This document shows positions 1-11,889 of a DNA stretch of 64,000 bases, in pieces (within the stretch, counting starts at the first letter, position 1; every line of letters begins with the position of its first letter). The stretch is taken from assembly GCA_964016885.1 (NCBI GenBank), contig OZ024741.1, forward strand, positions 214,830,001-214,894,000. The letters are read 5' to 3'. Both the position numbers and the translations under genes were made by a program. The stretch is from Eledone cirrhosa (Eukaryota). Under the pieces are notes generated by a model. It did not search any database, was not told the DNA's origin, and saw only the letters and a program-made list of their open reading frames with translations.

Positions 1-265
1 GTTCTTGAGCAAGACACTTTATTTCATGTTGCTCCAGTTCACTCAGCTGTAGAAACATATTGCAACGTCACAGGTGCCAAGCTGTATTTGCCATTGATTT
101 TCCCTTGGGCAACATCGGTGGCGTGGAGATGGGGAGACTGGTATGTATGGACGACTGCTGGTCTTTTGCAAACAACCTTGCTCAGACTTGTGCCTTAGAG
201 GGAAACTTTCTTTTCTAGGTGCAAATCCCATGGTCATTCCTGACCGAAGGGGGTCTTTACTCATT
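1..265 (+). mobile_element. tRNA-derived SINE, 3' part (CORE-like family; head lies outside the window)
   Basis: GTTCTTGAGCAAGACACTTTATTTCA..GTTGCTCCAG..CACTCAGCTG recurs at ~32610 (+), where it follows a tRNA-like head, and at ~62450 (-). The segment resembles the CORE-SINE domain. Confidence 0.65.
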
Positions 266-600
266 TTTTACTAGAACAGTTAACAGGGAAAGTTATAAAG
301 GGACGTGCATACAGACGGTAAAGGGAAGTAACTGGATACAGAAAGCTATTGTGACCATCATTCTAACGACGTAACAACCCTTATAACAACAATACCAGGC
401 GGCAATTTGGCAGAGTCGTTAAAATGTTGGAAAGAATACTTTGAGTTATTCGTTTTAACTTTCTGTTTACTGAGTTCAAATCCCGTCGAGATAAGCTTCT
501 CCGGTCTTAGATAACTCGGCTGGAAAACTGATAAAAAACATGCCGAGCGTCAGATCAAAGCAAGGAGACAGTGTTTCCATTGGTATTTCTATTACTGGTA

Positions 601-1061
601 CTAGCAGAAAAACCACCCTGTGAAGGGTGGTTTTCTGCAACATGTGTAGTGTGCATATTGATATGATACGCAAGTATATATGCATGTAGATATGATACAT
701 CAAATAAAATCGTAATTGACAATATACACAGAAATTGAACGAAGACTGCGCTACACTCTCTTATATAATCAGAAACGTAATCCATGATGCATTAAAAAAA
801 GACGATATTATATATAAACTGTATTAGGAGAAAATTAGTGACGAAAATATATGAATGTTTATTTAAGCGATCGCTAACCGGAAGTGTCGACATTTGAACA
901 TTTTAAAGAAGTGAATCTTTAAATAAGTAATAAAATATATTTAATGAACAGCCACGAAATTTAGTAGATAAATTATGTAATATTCATTCATTATTTTACA
1001 AACGGGATAACAAATATATTCTGGATGCAGTACCGCACTCCTCACTTTATTATAGTTTAGA
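601..1061 (-). mobile_element. Non-autonomous Helitron (family A, 461 bp)
   Basis: Minus strand reads A^TCTAAACTATAATAAAG ... ACCACCC-TTCACA-GGGTGGT hairpin, TTTTCTGCTAG^T: 5' TC, 3' CTAG, subterminal hairpin, A/T target, no TSD. Second copy at 40903-43364. Confidence 0.8.
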
Positions 1062-1573
1062 TTATCTATCGGCCGCAATTCCAGACAGTAGAGTTACCGA
1101 TTGTACCGATAAATCATTTGAACTCAGAATGACACAAATTCGGATCAGACACCGCGACCCATCCGATCCAAATTCCTACGACGTATCGCTTGATAATCGA
1201 TTGAGAATGCGAAATGCATTGGAACTAATATATATTTCGAAAGTAACATCTCTGGTTCTTGTTTTTCTTTATCTTCTCCACTCAATCTACTTTTCTCACT
1301 CCTCACTCGATTAAGTCCTTAATATTTACAACCCCACATCAATAGCCATGGCTTCCAACACATTACCTCTTTATTATATCACAATATATTTCAAGGAAAC
1401 TCTCTGCTGTACCGAAACTACAAGGATTTTCAGAAGTTGTGAAAAGAGAAGCAACGGTTTTTGCCTTGTGCACCCTTCTTCTTTGTATATTTCTATTAGA
1501 CATATTCTGAGCTCCATGGATCCTTTTAGCACCTGTCAAAATATACACTACCCGAAATCTATCTTTCTTTCTT

Positions 1574-1633
<60 letters not shown>

Positions 1634-1699
1634 GTCTCTATCTCTCATTCTCTCTCTCTCCTTTCTCTCTCATTCTCTATCTCTCTCTATCTCTCTCCA

Positions 1700-1782
<83 letters not shown>

Positions 1783-2926
1783 ATCTCTCTCACTCCTGCT
1801 TTTTTCTATCTCTACCTATTCTCCTTTCATCCACGTCCTGTACCTTAGGCTGTTTACACACTAAATTTGTGTGATTCATCGAAAGGCACAATTTGTCTTA
1901 TGTCTCCCTATTTTGTTGTTGGAGTCCGTTGCAAACTGGAAGGAATAGTCTGAATATTAATAAACAGAAACTATAAAGATTTCGAGATGTTGACTGAACA
2001 GAAATTATTGTAGGTTATTTTCCGTTGCCTTTACCTTGTGCTACCCCTTGTTTGATCCAGACAGGTACTTATCTTGGTTTATGTTAACCGAGTGAGAGTA
2101 CAAGACTTCCCTTTGGACGCAGCACACAAGCTGATCCCGGAATCAAACCCACAATATTATGATCGTAAGTCCAATACCCTAACCAGTAAGTCATGCGCCT
2201 TCACACACACATATACGCATGCACACACATACACACACACACACACACACATATATATGAACATTTCGAGACCCAGACGGCTGAGCTCCTTTCCCACTGT
2301 ACTACGCCAAGTATCGAGTACTCTGTTGAGTAATGGTCTAACTGGTTTTTACCACTTCCATTCTGATATATATATATAGAGAGAGAGAGGGAGAATTCAC
2401 AAGAATCAAAGCTATGTTCAAAACATTTATTCACTTACAATTGTTTCATCCAAACCTAGGCTTGGTGTCTTCGGAGCATTTTTTAATTCTTGTACATATA
2501 ATTGACCTCCTATCCAACGCAAGAGACATACAGATACATATATATATTGATGTACAGTGGAGTGACATATATTATACTATACTATATTTGTATAGCAATT
2601 CAAATTTAAAATCAAAATTAAAATTAAAATACATGCGGCAGATAACACAGATATGCAAGAGGATATTTCGATAATCAGATCTAGTAGATAGTGTATGCAT
2701 TAGTCATACATGGAGCATGCAAGCGTGTCTCATTTATATACGAGTATTGTGTGGCAAGGTGTTACATGTAATGCAAGCACTTTAAGCGGGTAAGCAAGTA
2801 CTATGGTGGTTGTAGTGGGAGGGTATTTTTTGTATAGACCAAAAAAGTATGTGTGCAGAAAAAGAAAAAGAAAAAGAAAAAGAAAAAGAAAAAGAAAAAG
2901 AAAAAGAAAAAGAAAAAGAAAAAGAA

Positions 2927-3140
2927 AATATGTGGGGATACGCACGTGTGTGTGGTGTTTATACGTATTGTGGGTGTAGGTGGCGTGTGGGAAAAAAAAT
3001 TGTTGTGAGTGTATGTCCGTGGGTAAGTTCCTAAGGTAGTTCCGTAGAAGATGTGATGAGTGTCGGATATTTTCCTTGTGATGGAGTTGATTGGTGGGAG
3101 CGATGTCCAATGTGTGTAATCCGTGGTTGGGTTGGTCGGA
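2927..3140 (-). repeat. Diverged copy of the 3' UTR of the Neptune-type PLE (homologous to ~28082-28292)
   Basis: Reverse complement aligns by eye with 28082-28292 (GGAACTACCTTAG..ACTTACCCACG..CACGTGCGTA.CCCCACATA). Confidence 0.6.
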
Positions 3141-3172
3141 TATATATATATACATATATAGGAGAAAGTATG

Positions 3173-3272
3173 ACCCCGACGGCAGAGCTCAAGCCGTTTC
3201 GACGGCTATTTCTGGACTAAAGTAAGAGTTTTTTTTAGTCTGGTAAAAAAATAGCCGAACATATCAAGGGGT
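3173..3272 (-). ncRNA. Type I hammerhead-like motif (family Y, inverted pLTR copy)
   Basis: Near-exact reverse complement of 5332-5431; stem II CGGCTATTT/AAATAGCCG is intact. Confidence 0.6.
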
Positions 3273-3615
3273 ACTTCCTTATATGGGAAGATTGTAGTTG
3301 TCAAGAGGATTGGTCAAAATTTGTAGCAGACACAGAAAAGTCTATCATGGCAGTGGGTGCGGGCTGGGGTTGGCTGAACTTGCCTGTAGAACGATAGGGG
3401 AGTGGGTAGAGCCGGTCAAGCGTAGAAGGTGAAATCTACCCGGCAAATTCTAAGGAATGTGTATGAAATTAGGCCAGAGGAGGTTGGAGAAAAAAGGGGT
3501 TCAGTGCGGTCTGCCCGAGTCTAGAAGTAATTTGTTGACCCTCTAGATTTATGTCCTCGATAATTGAATGGTTAGCCTTTTTATAGGTGGAGTTTAGGCT
3601 GCTCCTGATCAGTGT

Positions 3616-4540
3616 GTGGTATCTGTTCGGGTTGACAACCTCCAAAATGACCTGTGCTACCCATACAGGAAACCAAACGACAACCTGCATTACATCCACC
3701 GCCGCTCTAACCATCCTAGAAACATCACCAATAATCTGGTTAAAAACAACTCCCTCCTCATATCTCGTTTGTCCGCTAATGAGCAGATATTCGAGGAAGA
3801 TGCGCCCCATTACAACCTGACCCTCAAGCGGAGTGGCTTCCGGGAGGAAATATCCTTTAATCCAGCTTCCCTTAGCGGAACCAGCAGGCGACGCCGCCGC
3901 TCACGCCACGTAACGTGGTTCAATCCTCCTCACAATGCCGAGGTGGCAACACCTATCGGGAAAATCCTCTTTAGGCTCCCCAAAAAAACACTTTCCACCA
4001 CAACACCGCTACCACGACATAATCAACAAAAACACTATCAAGCTATCCTACAGCACCAGACCTAAATTCGCACAAAACATCGTCTCCTCAAACAAACTAG
4101 AAACAATCTAGAAATTAGTGGAGAGCTGACCAGGAGGTGTAACTGCCCTGATAGATCTACGTGCCCCCTCAACAACAGATGCCGAGAACGTAACATGATC
4201 TACCAGTGCAATGTGATGACGGACACCTCCAACAAAGCTTATATAGGATTAACCGCTTGTGACTTTAAGACGCGGCTCTACCAACACCGACATACGTTCC
4301 AAAACCCGGTCCATATCTGGGACCTCCAAGATAATAATTAAAACTACCATCTTACTTGGAGCTTACTGTCCAGAGCTAACTCTTACATGGGAGGACGCCG
4401 TCCGAGTAACTTATGCTCAGAGGAAACAGTACAAATGCTGTTTACGAAGGATCAACTCCTAAACAAAAAAGACGAACTGGTAACTGCATGCAAACACAGA
4501 TTGCGGAAGACTTACCTCGCCCTCAAACAGCCTAACGATG
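3616..4540 (+). pseudogene. PLE (Naiad-type) RT C-terminus and GIY-YIG endonuclease, frameshifted
   Basis: Motifs across frames: YRKPNDNLHYIHRRSNHP, TWFNPPH, INKNTIKLSYST, CNCPDRSTCPLNNRC, MIYQC..AYIGLTACDFKTRLYQH, ELVTACKHR. Confidence 0.85.
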
Positions 4541-5331
4541 CGGGTGGGTAGACTAGGGCAGAAACACCTCCACTTGCCGAATAAGATAGGGAAAATCCCT
4601 ACTTATAAAGGTAGATGTACCTCTTTTCTCTTCCTCTATGTTTTCTTCTTCCCTTTGTCTCCCCCTATCACTTCTTTTCATCACCGAACTCCTTCCTCGT
4701 TCGTTTCACTGTTTTTTTTCCTTTTTCGCCTACCTAGGGGCAGCCCATCGGTCCTCTTTAGCCTCAGTACACCCACCCTAGTAACTTACAGATAGCATTC
4801 GCCGATTACGCTATACTAACTATTCATAGCAGCTGTGTTAGACCCCAGAGATGTGGTATTAATTTTTAATTCTAAATTTTCAATAATTCTCATCCAGCAA
4901 CTCATTATATAGCTTTGGCCGATATAGCAGCACCAACTAAATATAGCAGCTGTGTTAGACTCCTTAGTTTTATTTCACTTCTCACCTTCCAATCTTACAT
5001 TCTGATACATTTTTATTATATTCTTTTTTATTATATGTTTTCTTTGTCCCCTAATCGATTTTGTTTTACTATTTCTATAACGTCCCTCTTCCACTTTCTA
5101 AAGTAACCTTCTTTCGCCAACCTCCTCTGGCCTAATTTCATACACATTCCTTAGAATTTACCGTGTAGATTTCACCTTCTACGCTTGACCGGCTCTACCC
5201 ACTCCCCTATCGTTCTACAGGCAAGTTCAGCCATCCCCACCCCGCACCCACTGCCATGATAGACCTTTCTGTGTCTGCTACAAATTTTGACCAATCCTTT
5301 TGACAACTACAATCTTCCCATATAAGGAAGT

Positions 5332-5431
5332 ACCCCTTGATATGTTCGGCTATTTATTTACCAGATTAAAAAAAACTCTTACTTTAGTCCAGAAATAGAC
5401 GTCGAAACGGCTTGAGCTCTGCCGTCGGGGT
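5332..5431 (+). ncRNA. Type I hammerhead-like motif (family Y; variant core UUGAUAU, long stem II)
   Basis: ACCCC-TTGATAT-[long stem II]-GAA-ACGGC(TTGAGCTCT)GCCGT-C^GGGGT. Stem I is ACCCC/GGGGT with a GUC cleavage triplet. Confidence 0.6.
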
Positions 5432-5524
5432 CATACTTTCTCCTAATACCCAAGTATTGAGTACTCTGGTGCGTTATGGTGCATCTGGTTCCTTACCACA
5501 ACTCCTTCGTTATATACATATATA

Positions 5525-5755
5525 TTTTAAAATAACAGATTTAAGTTTAAGCAAAGAATCGCTGCTTTCAGCCTTAACGGGATCTTCTCATTCTCTTCAG
5601 AAGATCCTGTTAAGGGTGAAAGCAGCGATTCTTTGCTTAAACTTTAATCTGTTATTTTAATAAATATTTGCTCTACGGTTTTTTTTATATATACATTAAT
5701 TATCCTTGTCGAGCCCTCCTCGGATTTTAGTCTTCACATTGATTATTATTACTGT
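5525..5755. repeat. Family Z foldback element (arms ~5525-5588 and ~5599-5662) with a degenerate HHR-like motif
   Basis: AATAACAGAT..AAGCAAAGAATCGCTGCTTTCA..CTTAACGGGATCTTCT is followed by its reverse complement. Same family at 11452-11620 and 55903-56232. Confidence 0.75.
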
Positions 5756-5869
5756 ATATATATATCACAGAAAAAACAAGAATCAGTGTTGCGACGAAAG
5801 GAATTTATTGGACATATTACAATTGTTTCTAGGGCGGCCATATATATATAGTAATAATAATAAATGTGA

Positions 5870-5915
<46 letters not shown>

Positions 5916-5918
<3 letters not shown>

Positions 5919-6118
5919 CGAAGGAAGTGTGGTAAGGAACCAGATGGACCATAACGCATCAGAGTACTCAATACTTAGGGTAGTAGAGTGGATAATAAGA
6001 AAATGTCCAAGACTCCGACGGCAGAGCTCAAGCCGTTTCGGCGGCTATTTTTGGACTGTGTCCAGAAATAGCCGCCGAAACGGCTTGAGCTCTGCCGTCA
6101 GGGTCTTGAACATTTCCC
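5916..6118. repeat. Family Y 3'-end foldback centred at ~6058
   Basis: GACGGCAGAGCTCAAGCCGTTTCGGCGGCTATTT.TGGAC-tgt-GTCCA.AAATAGCCGCCGAAACGGCTTGAGCTCTGCCGTC, flanked by (TA)n. Confidence 0.8.
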
Positions 6119-7210
6119 TATATATATAATATATATAGGCTTAGCAGCTTGTTGATACGGATGTGCTTTCCCAACCGTCGAGATTTGAAATTTTAAATCG
6201 ACAGAAATCGGAGTTATGTATTGTTGTAATTTTTCAGAAAATGAGAAAAACCTATGAAAGAGATAAGTATCTGTACTTTGACGCGATTATTTTACGTATG
6301 TTAGCGTTTTAAATGGGTTTATTTTCACTGTGTGATATTCTCCTAAAAACAACACACAAACACGTGCTGTCTTTGTCTAACATACAGGATATAGAAAGCT
6401 AGTCAATTAACGTAATTTAATATAATTTAATTTAATTTTGTTTTATTTTGAGTAACATAATTTAATATAATTTTATTTTTATTTTTGACTCGGTAAGCAT
6501 GTATGTTTTTTTTTATTTTATATATATTGATATTACAATAACTACGGTTCACTATATACGGTTCCCCTTATTTATATTGGTAAACAAACCGATACCTACA
6601 TTTAAAATCAACTCATATAAATCTTCGTGATTCTATAGCTTTAACTTATTTCGGTTTCATTCATTTAATTTATTTTAAATTTATCTTATTTTATTTTATT
6701 TTAATTTATTCTGTCTCCTTTTATATTTCATGTTGATATCATTTGTTTTTTCACTTTGTTTTGGAGTTTTAATCGCGAAATATTCTTTGAATGATATTAA
6801 TTATTAATATTTATAGTTGTCTTTGGCCGCTCCACGTTGCTACTTTTCCTCTCTCTCTTTCTCTCTCCCTGCATTGCTATTTTTCATGCTGCCTCTGTCT
6901 CTCTCCTTCTTTCTTCCTCTCTCTCTATCTCTCTCTCTAGATCACACGAGCTCTCTCTCTCTATATATATATTGCACCTTGAATTTCTCACCGAACTTAT
7001 CTATCTCCCTCTATCTCTCTCGATCCTCTCTTCTGTCTCTCTCCCCTTTTTTTTTCTTTTTTCTTTTTCTCTCTCTCTAGATCGCACAAGCTCTCTCCTC
7101 TTCCCTCTAAATCGCTCCTTAAATTTCTCACTGGGCTTATATCTCTCTCTGTACCTCTCTAACCTCTCCCCTACCTTTCCCGCTATTTCTCTTTCTCCCC
7201 TCCACAGCGA

Positions 7211-10200
7211 AATGGACTGCATACAGGGAAAAGGTGAAATTAGAAGTCAGCGAAGCTGGTCAAAGATGGAACTAGCAGTTTTGATCAAGGGGTGGAGCCT
7301 GTCTGATGGGTCACCACCAAGCAAAAAGATTACGGAGACCCTGAAGAACCATGAAAAAGAAAAGAAATTGATAAGGCCTATGTCCTCATAGCGCCACATA
7401 TGGCGATGCTAAGCCGTGTCCTTAAGGAGGAGAAAAACGAAGAGAAAGGAGACGAAAAAGAAAAGGAAGAAAACACAAGCACGGACCTGAAAGAAAATGA
7501 GATACCCGCCGGCACAGTCAGGGAGGGCAGGCCGGGCAACCAACAAGTAAACGGTAAAGATGAGAAGCGAAATCACCTTCTGAAGGAGAACCAAACGCAG
7601 AGGGACCAATGGACAACTGTCCAAAGGAAGAACAGAAAGCACTGAGACACTGGGAGCAAGAAAACCCAGGTAATGTGCAAGTTCTTCAGGAACGGGACCT
7701 GCTGGCATGGAGAGACAGGGATGGGCTGAAGATTCGCTCACCCTAGGCCCCAAACGAACCATGCCCATCCTACTCGCGCAACATGCCCCAGCCAAAACCA
7801 AAACAAGTCGCTCCAGAAGTATGCTGATGTCGCGCGTGCCGCACCAACAAGGAGAAGGCATGCTCATGCCGACGAGATATAGATGGCAGCAGCAGAGCAG
7901 AAACATTTTTTAGTGATGGCAGAGAAAATTGTATGACAGCTGACCTGGCTGCATCATTTTCAGAGCCAGGGTCACTCACACCAGCACTCAAGACCACCAC
8001 AATTAAGGGACCCAGAGTGGACGCCGCTGACACCAGACCAGGTGTCATACCGACAGCCTTTGCTGGCACCCCAACAGTCACACCAGTGCTGCTGCTGAAT
8101 GTCAGAGGCCTGGTGAAACTCACTAACACGAGTAAAATGTTCTACCTGGGAGACTTAGCCATAAGCAATCAAGCATTATGCATGGCACTAACCGAAACGC
8201 ACCTGACAAGCAGTATAGCAGATGCAGAAATACATATACCAAAATATACTGTATTTCTTTCGGACAGGAAGGAGAGACCTCATGGTGGGGTTGCTCTGTA
8301 TATCCGTGAAGATGTCACACCAATTGTACTGTTGACACATTCAAACTCACTCTGTGACACACTAATAGTACATATGAAGCAACTAAAGACAGTAATATAT
8401 GTCACATATCGGCCGTCCGATGCCCCCAGTCATGAGGGTAAATTTGAGAATAGCCTCAGTAGGATAGAAGAGGTCCTTGACAAACTGGACCAGGGTCTCA
8501 ACATTCAACTGCTGGGAGTCTTCAACCTGCCAAAGGTCAAATGGCCTGAGGGCCACCTCCTCCCTGGAATGACGTCAATATAACAGAGACAGATGGAATC
8601 CCTGCTGGCCTTCACACACAGGCTGTTCATGGAACAAGCAGTACTCCTCCCAACAAGAGGTGAAAATGTCCTGGACTTCTGTTTTACAAACAACGAAGTG
8701 CTCATCCACAATGTAAAGGTGATACCAACAATTTTTTCGCATCATAACTTAGTAGAACTAATGATATGTGGTCCGAGAGAACCATCAGAGACACAACCAT
8801 CAAGAAGCACCGGGACGTTATCCAGCCTTAATTTCTACAAAGCTAACTGGAAAAAGATCAAGAGAGAAATCCGGAAACAAATATGGAGCGAAAACACCGC
8901 CACACAAGACACCAACACACAATTTCAACACTTCATCACAACGATACACACTATATGCAAGAAGTTTGTCCCGGAAAACAAGGCAAACAGACACAAAAAT
9001 CTTATTCCCAGAGATAGGAAAATCCTCATGAGACGTAGAACCAAGCTCTCAAACCAGTTGAATGCACAACAAGAAAACAAAAACAAGAAGGAATCCTATT
9101 TGAAACATGCACTACTTGACACCGAGATTGCACTCAAAATTTTCCAATGAGAATGAGAGGGCAAAGAAAGAAAGCAGGGCCATAGAAAATATTAAAACAG
9201 ACCCTAAGGCCTTCTTTAAATTTGCAAAAGAAACTGCCTCGGTACACTGCAAGATTGGGCCACTCTTCCATACAAACGGTTCATTAACTGAGAATCCCCA
9301 AGAGATATGTGAAATACTGAACGAACAGTACAAAAGTGTGTTCACATGTCCACTGAGGCACATGGTAAAAAACAAAGCCAGAGGAGTTCTTTGATGCAAC
9401 AACACTACATGGAGAAATGGCGACCATCAACCACATAGACATAAAGTAGGAGGATGTGGTATACGCCATAGATAAAATTAGAACAGACTCAGCTGCTGGA
9501 CATGGTGGATTCCCAGCAGTCCTCTTAAAAACATGTAAGCGGGCCTTTGCAACTCCACTGAAGACGCTCTTCCTACCCAGGGATCTGAAAGAAGGCACAA
9601 TATGCCCTATCCATAAAGGAGGTAGCAGAGCGGAGGCCAAAAACTATAGGCCAATCTCCCTGACGTCGCATATCAGTAAGGTCATGGAGCGAGTCGTCAG
9701 AAAGAAACTGATCACTTTCCTCGAGGAAAATGACCGCCTGACAGGCACGCAGCATGGCTTCCGCCCAGGAAGAAGCCGCCTTACACTACTGCTACATCAC
9801 TACGACTGGGTACTGAAACAACTGCTAGACAGCTCACATGTGGACCTGATATATCTTGACTTTGCGAAGGCCTTTGACAAGGTCGACCACGGAATAATAT
9901 ATCACAAACTACACGGACTCGGCATAACTGGAAAAGTAGGTGAGTGACTGCATGACTTCTTAAATGACAAAAGCCAGAAAGTCGCAGCTAACGGGGCCCT
10001 CTCGAAGAAAACCTCAATAACAAGTGGGGTGCCCCAAGGGACAGTCATGGGACCACTACTGTTTTTGGTGGCTCTCCCAGACATGCCCTCTGTAGTACAT
10101 ACGACATCTCTCACTAGCTATGCTGATGACACTAAGGTAGCGCAGGCAATCAAAAACCCGGCTGACCCTGCCCTTTTACAACAAGATCTGGATGCCATAT

Positions 10201-10250
10201 ACAAATGGGCGGAAGAAAACAACATGCAGTTTAATGCTGGCAAATTCCAA
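7211..10250 (+). mobile_element. Decayed CR1/L2-group LINE (ORF1 relic, APE endonuclease, RT); 3' end interrupted
   Basis: APE motifs LLNVRGL, ALTETHL, HGGVALYI, YRP, PTRGENVLD, SHHNLV. RT motifs NYRPISLTS, QHGFRPGRS, LDFAKAFDKVDH, GVPQGTVMGPLLF, YADDTK, WAEENNMQFN. Multiple stops and frameshifts; Cys/His-rich ORF1 remnant near 7670-7850. Confidence 0.9.
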
Positions 10251-10275
10251 GCGGATCCTCAGCTCGTAAATTTAT

Positions 10276-10311
10276 GAGCTGAGGATCCGCTAAGGTGAAA
10301 CAATTGTTCTC
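10276..10311 (+). ncRNA. Minimal type I hammerhead motif
   Basis: GAG-CTGAGGA-T CC(GCTAA)GG T-GAA-ACAATTGT-T^CTC with palindromic stem III. It overlaps the hairpin at 10251-10290. Confidence 0.65.
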
Positions 10312-10534
10312 GGTATGGTGAACTAACTGTTGTGTAACCTCTTCTATATCCGCTCTCTTGCTCTGGAACCCTGACTCCAGCCTGACTAGGAGTAGGAAGC
10401 TGTCATTCCCTGACGTTATCTCTAGAGATACGGGAATCAGCAGACAGGACCTGGGGGCAGCGATGGGGGACAGGGGATTCTGGGGCATGAGAGTGAGATC
10501 CATCATCTCGACAGTAGTCGACGAGTGATGATGA

Positions 10535-10578
<44 letters not shown>

Positions 10579-10610
10579 AGATCAAAAGATGGTTAAAGGA
10601 GTTCAATATA

Positions 10611-10677
10611 TTTTATTATGCGCATTTCAAAAACAAACATCATCAAACAATAATATTTGTGTTTTCATCAGATAAAA
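10611..10677 (-). ncRNA. Type I hammerhead ribozyme motif (family X)
   Basis: Mirror of 11236-11302. Confidence 0.75.
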
Positions 10678-11235
10678 CAGGAGAACATGATATGAAGGCT
10701 AAAAAAACACTTGTTGATAGTGCAGTTTTAAATCAACATATGAAAAGTGGTTTTAGATTGATGTGTGATATTGGGAAAAATATTTTATTTAGAGAGGGGG
10801 GGAGAGAAAAGGATGAAAAGGGAAGGAGATGAGAGGGAGAGATGGGTGATAGAGAGAAAGAGATAGTTTTTATAACAGAGAGGAGATATATTTTATATAG
10901 AGGGGTTGAAAACCGTTGGAAGATACTGTATAAATTAAAAATTTTGAAAATTAACGAAGGAATTTTCAAAATTTTTAATTTATACAGTATCTTCCAACGG
11001 TTTTCAACCCCTCTATATAAAATATATCTCCTCTCTGTTATAAAAACTATCTCTTTCTCTCTATCACCCATCTCTCCCTCTCATCTCCTTCCCTTTTCAT
11101 CCTTTTCTCTCCCCCCCTCTCTAAATAAAATATTTTTCCCAATATCACACATCAATCTAAAACCACTTTTCATATGTTGATTTAAAACTGCACTATCAAC
11201 AAGTGTTTTTTTAGCCTTCATATCATGTTCTCCTG

Positions 11236-11302
11236 TTTTATCTGATGAAAACACAAATATTATTGTTTGATGATGTTTGTTTTTGAAATGCGCATAATAA
11301 AA
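11236..11302 (+). ncRNA. Type I hammerhead ribozyme motif (family X)
   Basis: TTTTAT-CTGATGA-[..CAAATATTATT(GTTT)GATGATGTTTG..]-GAA-ATGCGCAT-A^ATAAAA with palindromic stem III. Confidence 0.75.
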
Positions 11303-11617
11303 TATATTGAACTCCTTTAACCATCTTTTGATCTTATATTATGCATACTCCAGTCCCACAAACTGTAGAGTGCTTCTTATCCGATATCTGCATTGCTTTA
11401 TTGTACTACAATAAAACTCACCTCCTACATATATATATATATATATATATATAGTAATAATAATAAATTAGAAGACTAAAATCCAAAGAGGGCTCGATAA
11501 GGATAAATATATATCAAATATATAAGAACCGTAGAGCAAATATTTATTAAGAACAGATGAAAGATCCCGTTAAGGGTGAAAGCAGCGATTCTTTGCTTAA
11601 ACTTTAATCTGTTTTTA

Positions 11618-11659
<42 letters not shown>

Positions 11660-11889
11660 TTATGTGTAGGTATGTATAAGTTATATACATCCCTCTTTTG
11701 TCTCTCACCCCTCTACTTCCGAGTCTGTGGGTCTTTCTCTTATACCCACACACCCCTCCCAAAGACAAATATATCAGCTGTATTGCAAACACTCTAGAAA
11801 GTTTATCATGTCTTATATTGTTGTTGTTGTCGTCGTGTCGGTTTATTTCTGCTGTTGTTGTCCTCGTTTCTTTGTTTCTTATTGTTGTT

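Larger units (their letters stand above)
3161..5515 (+). mobile_element. 5'-truncated Naiad-type Penelope-like element with an inverted copy of its 3' pseudo-LTR at the 5' end
   Basis: 3161-3487 is the reverse complement of 5117-5443. An RT-thumb/GIY-YIG relic lies between the arms, and both arms carry an HHR-like motif. Confidence 0.85.
10571..11428. mobile_element. Family X element: 382-bp palindrome (10571-10952 / 10961-11342) plus 3' tail, inserted in (TA)n
   Basis: The mirror ORFs 10733-11071(-) and 10842-11180(+) are identical except at the loop (AACGAAGG). Tail ends ...AAAACTCACCTCCTAC(AT)n. Confidence 0.95.

Noticed and set aside
4130-4540. Possible selenocysteine (in-frame UGA) use, known in some Naiad PLEs
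   Set aside because: The conserved Cys positions checked here and at 57437-58214 are ordinary Cys codons, and no SECIS was identified by eye.
10733-11180. Pair of almost identical 112-aa ORFs on opposite strands
   Set aside because: A by-product of the palindrome; no recognisable domain.
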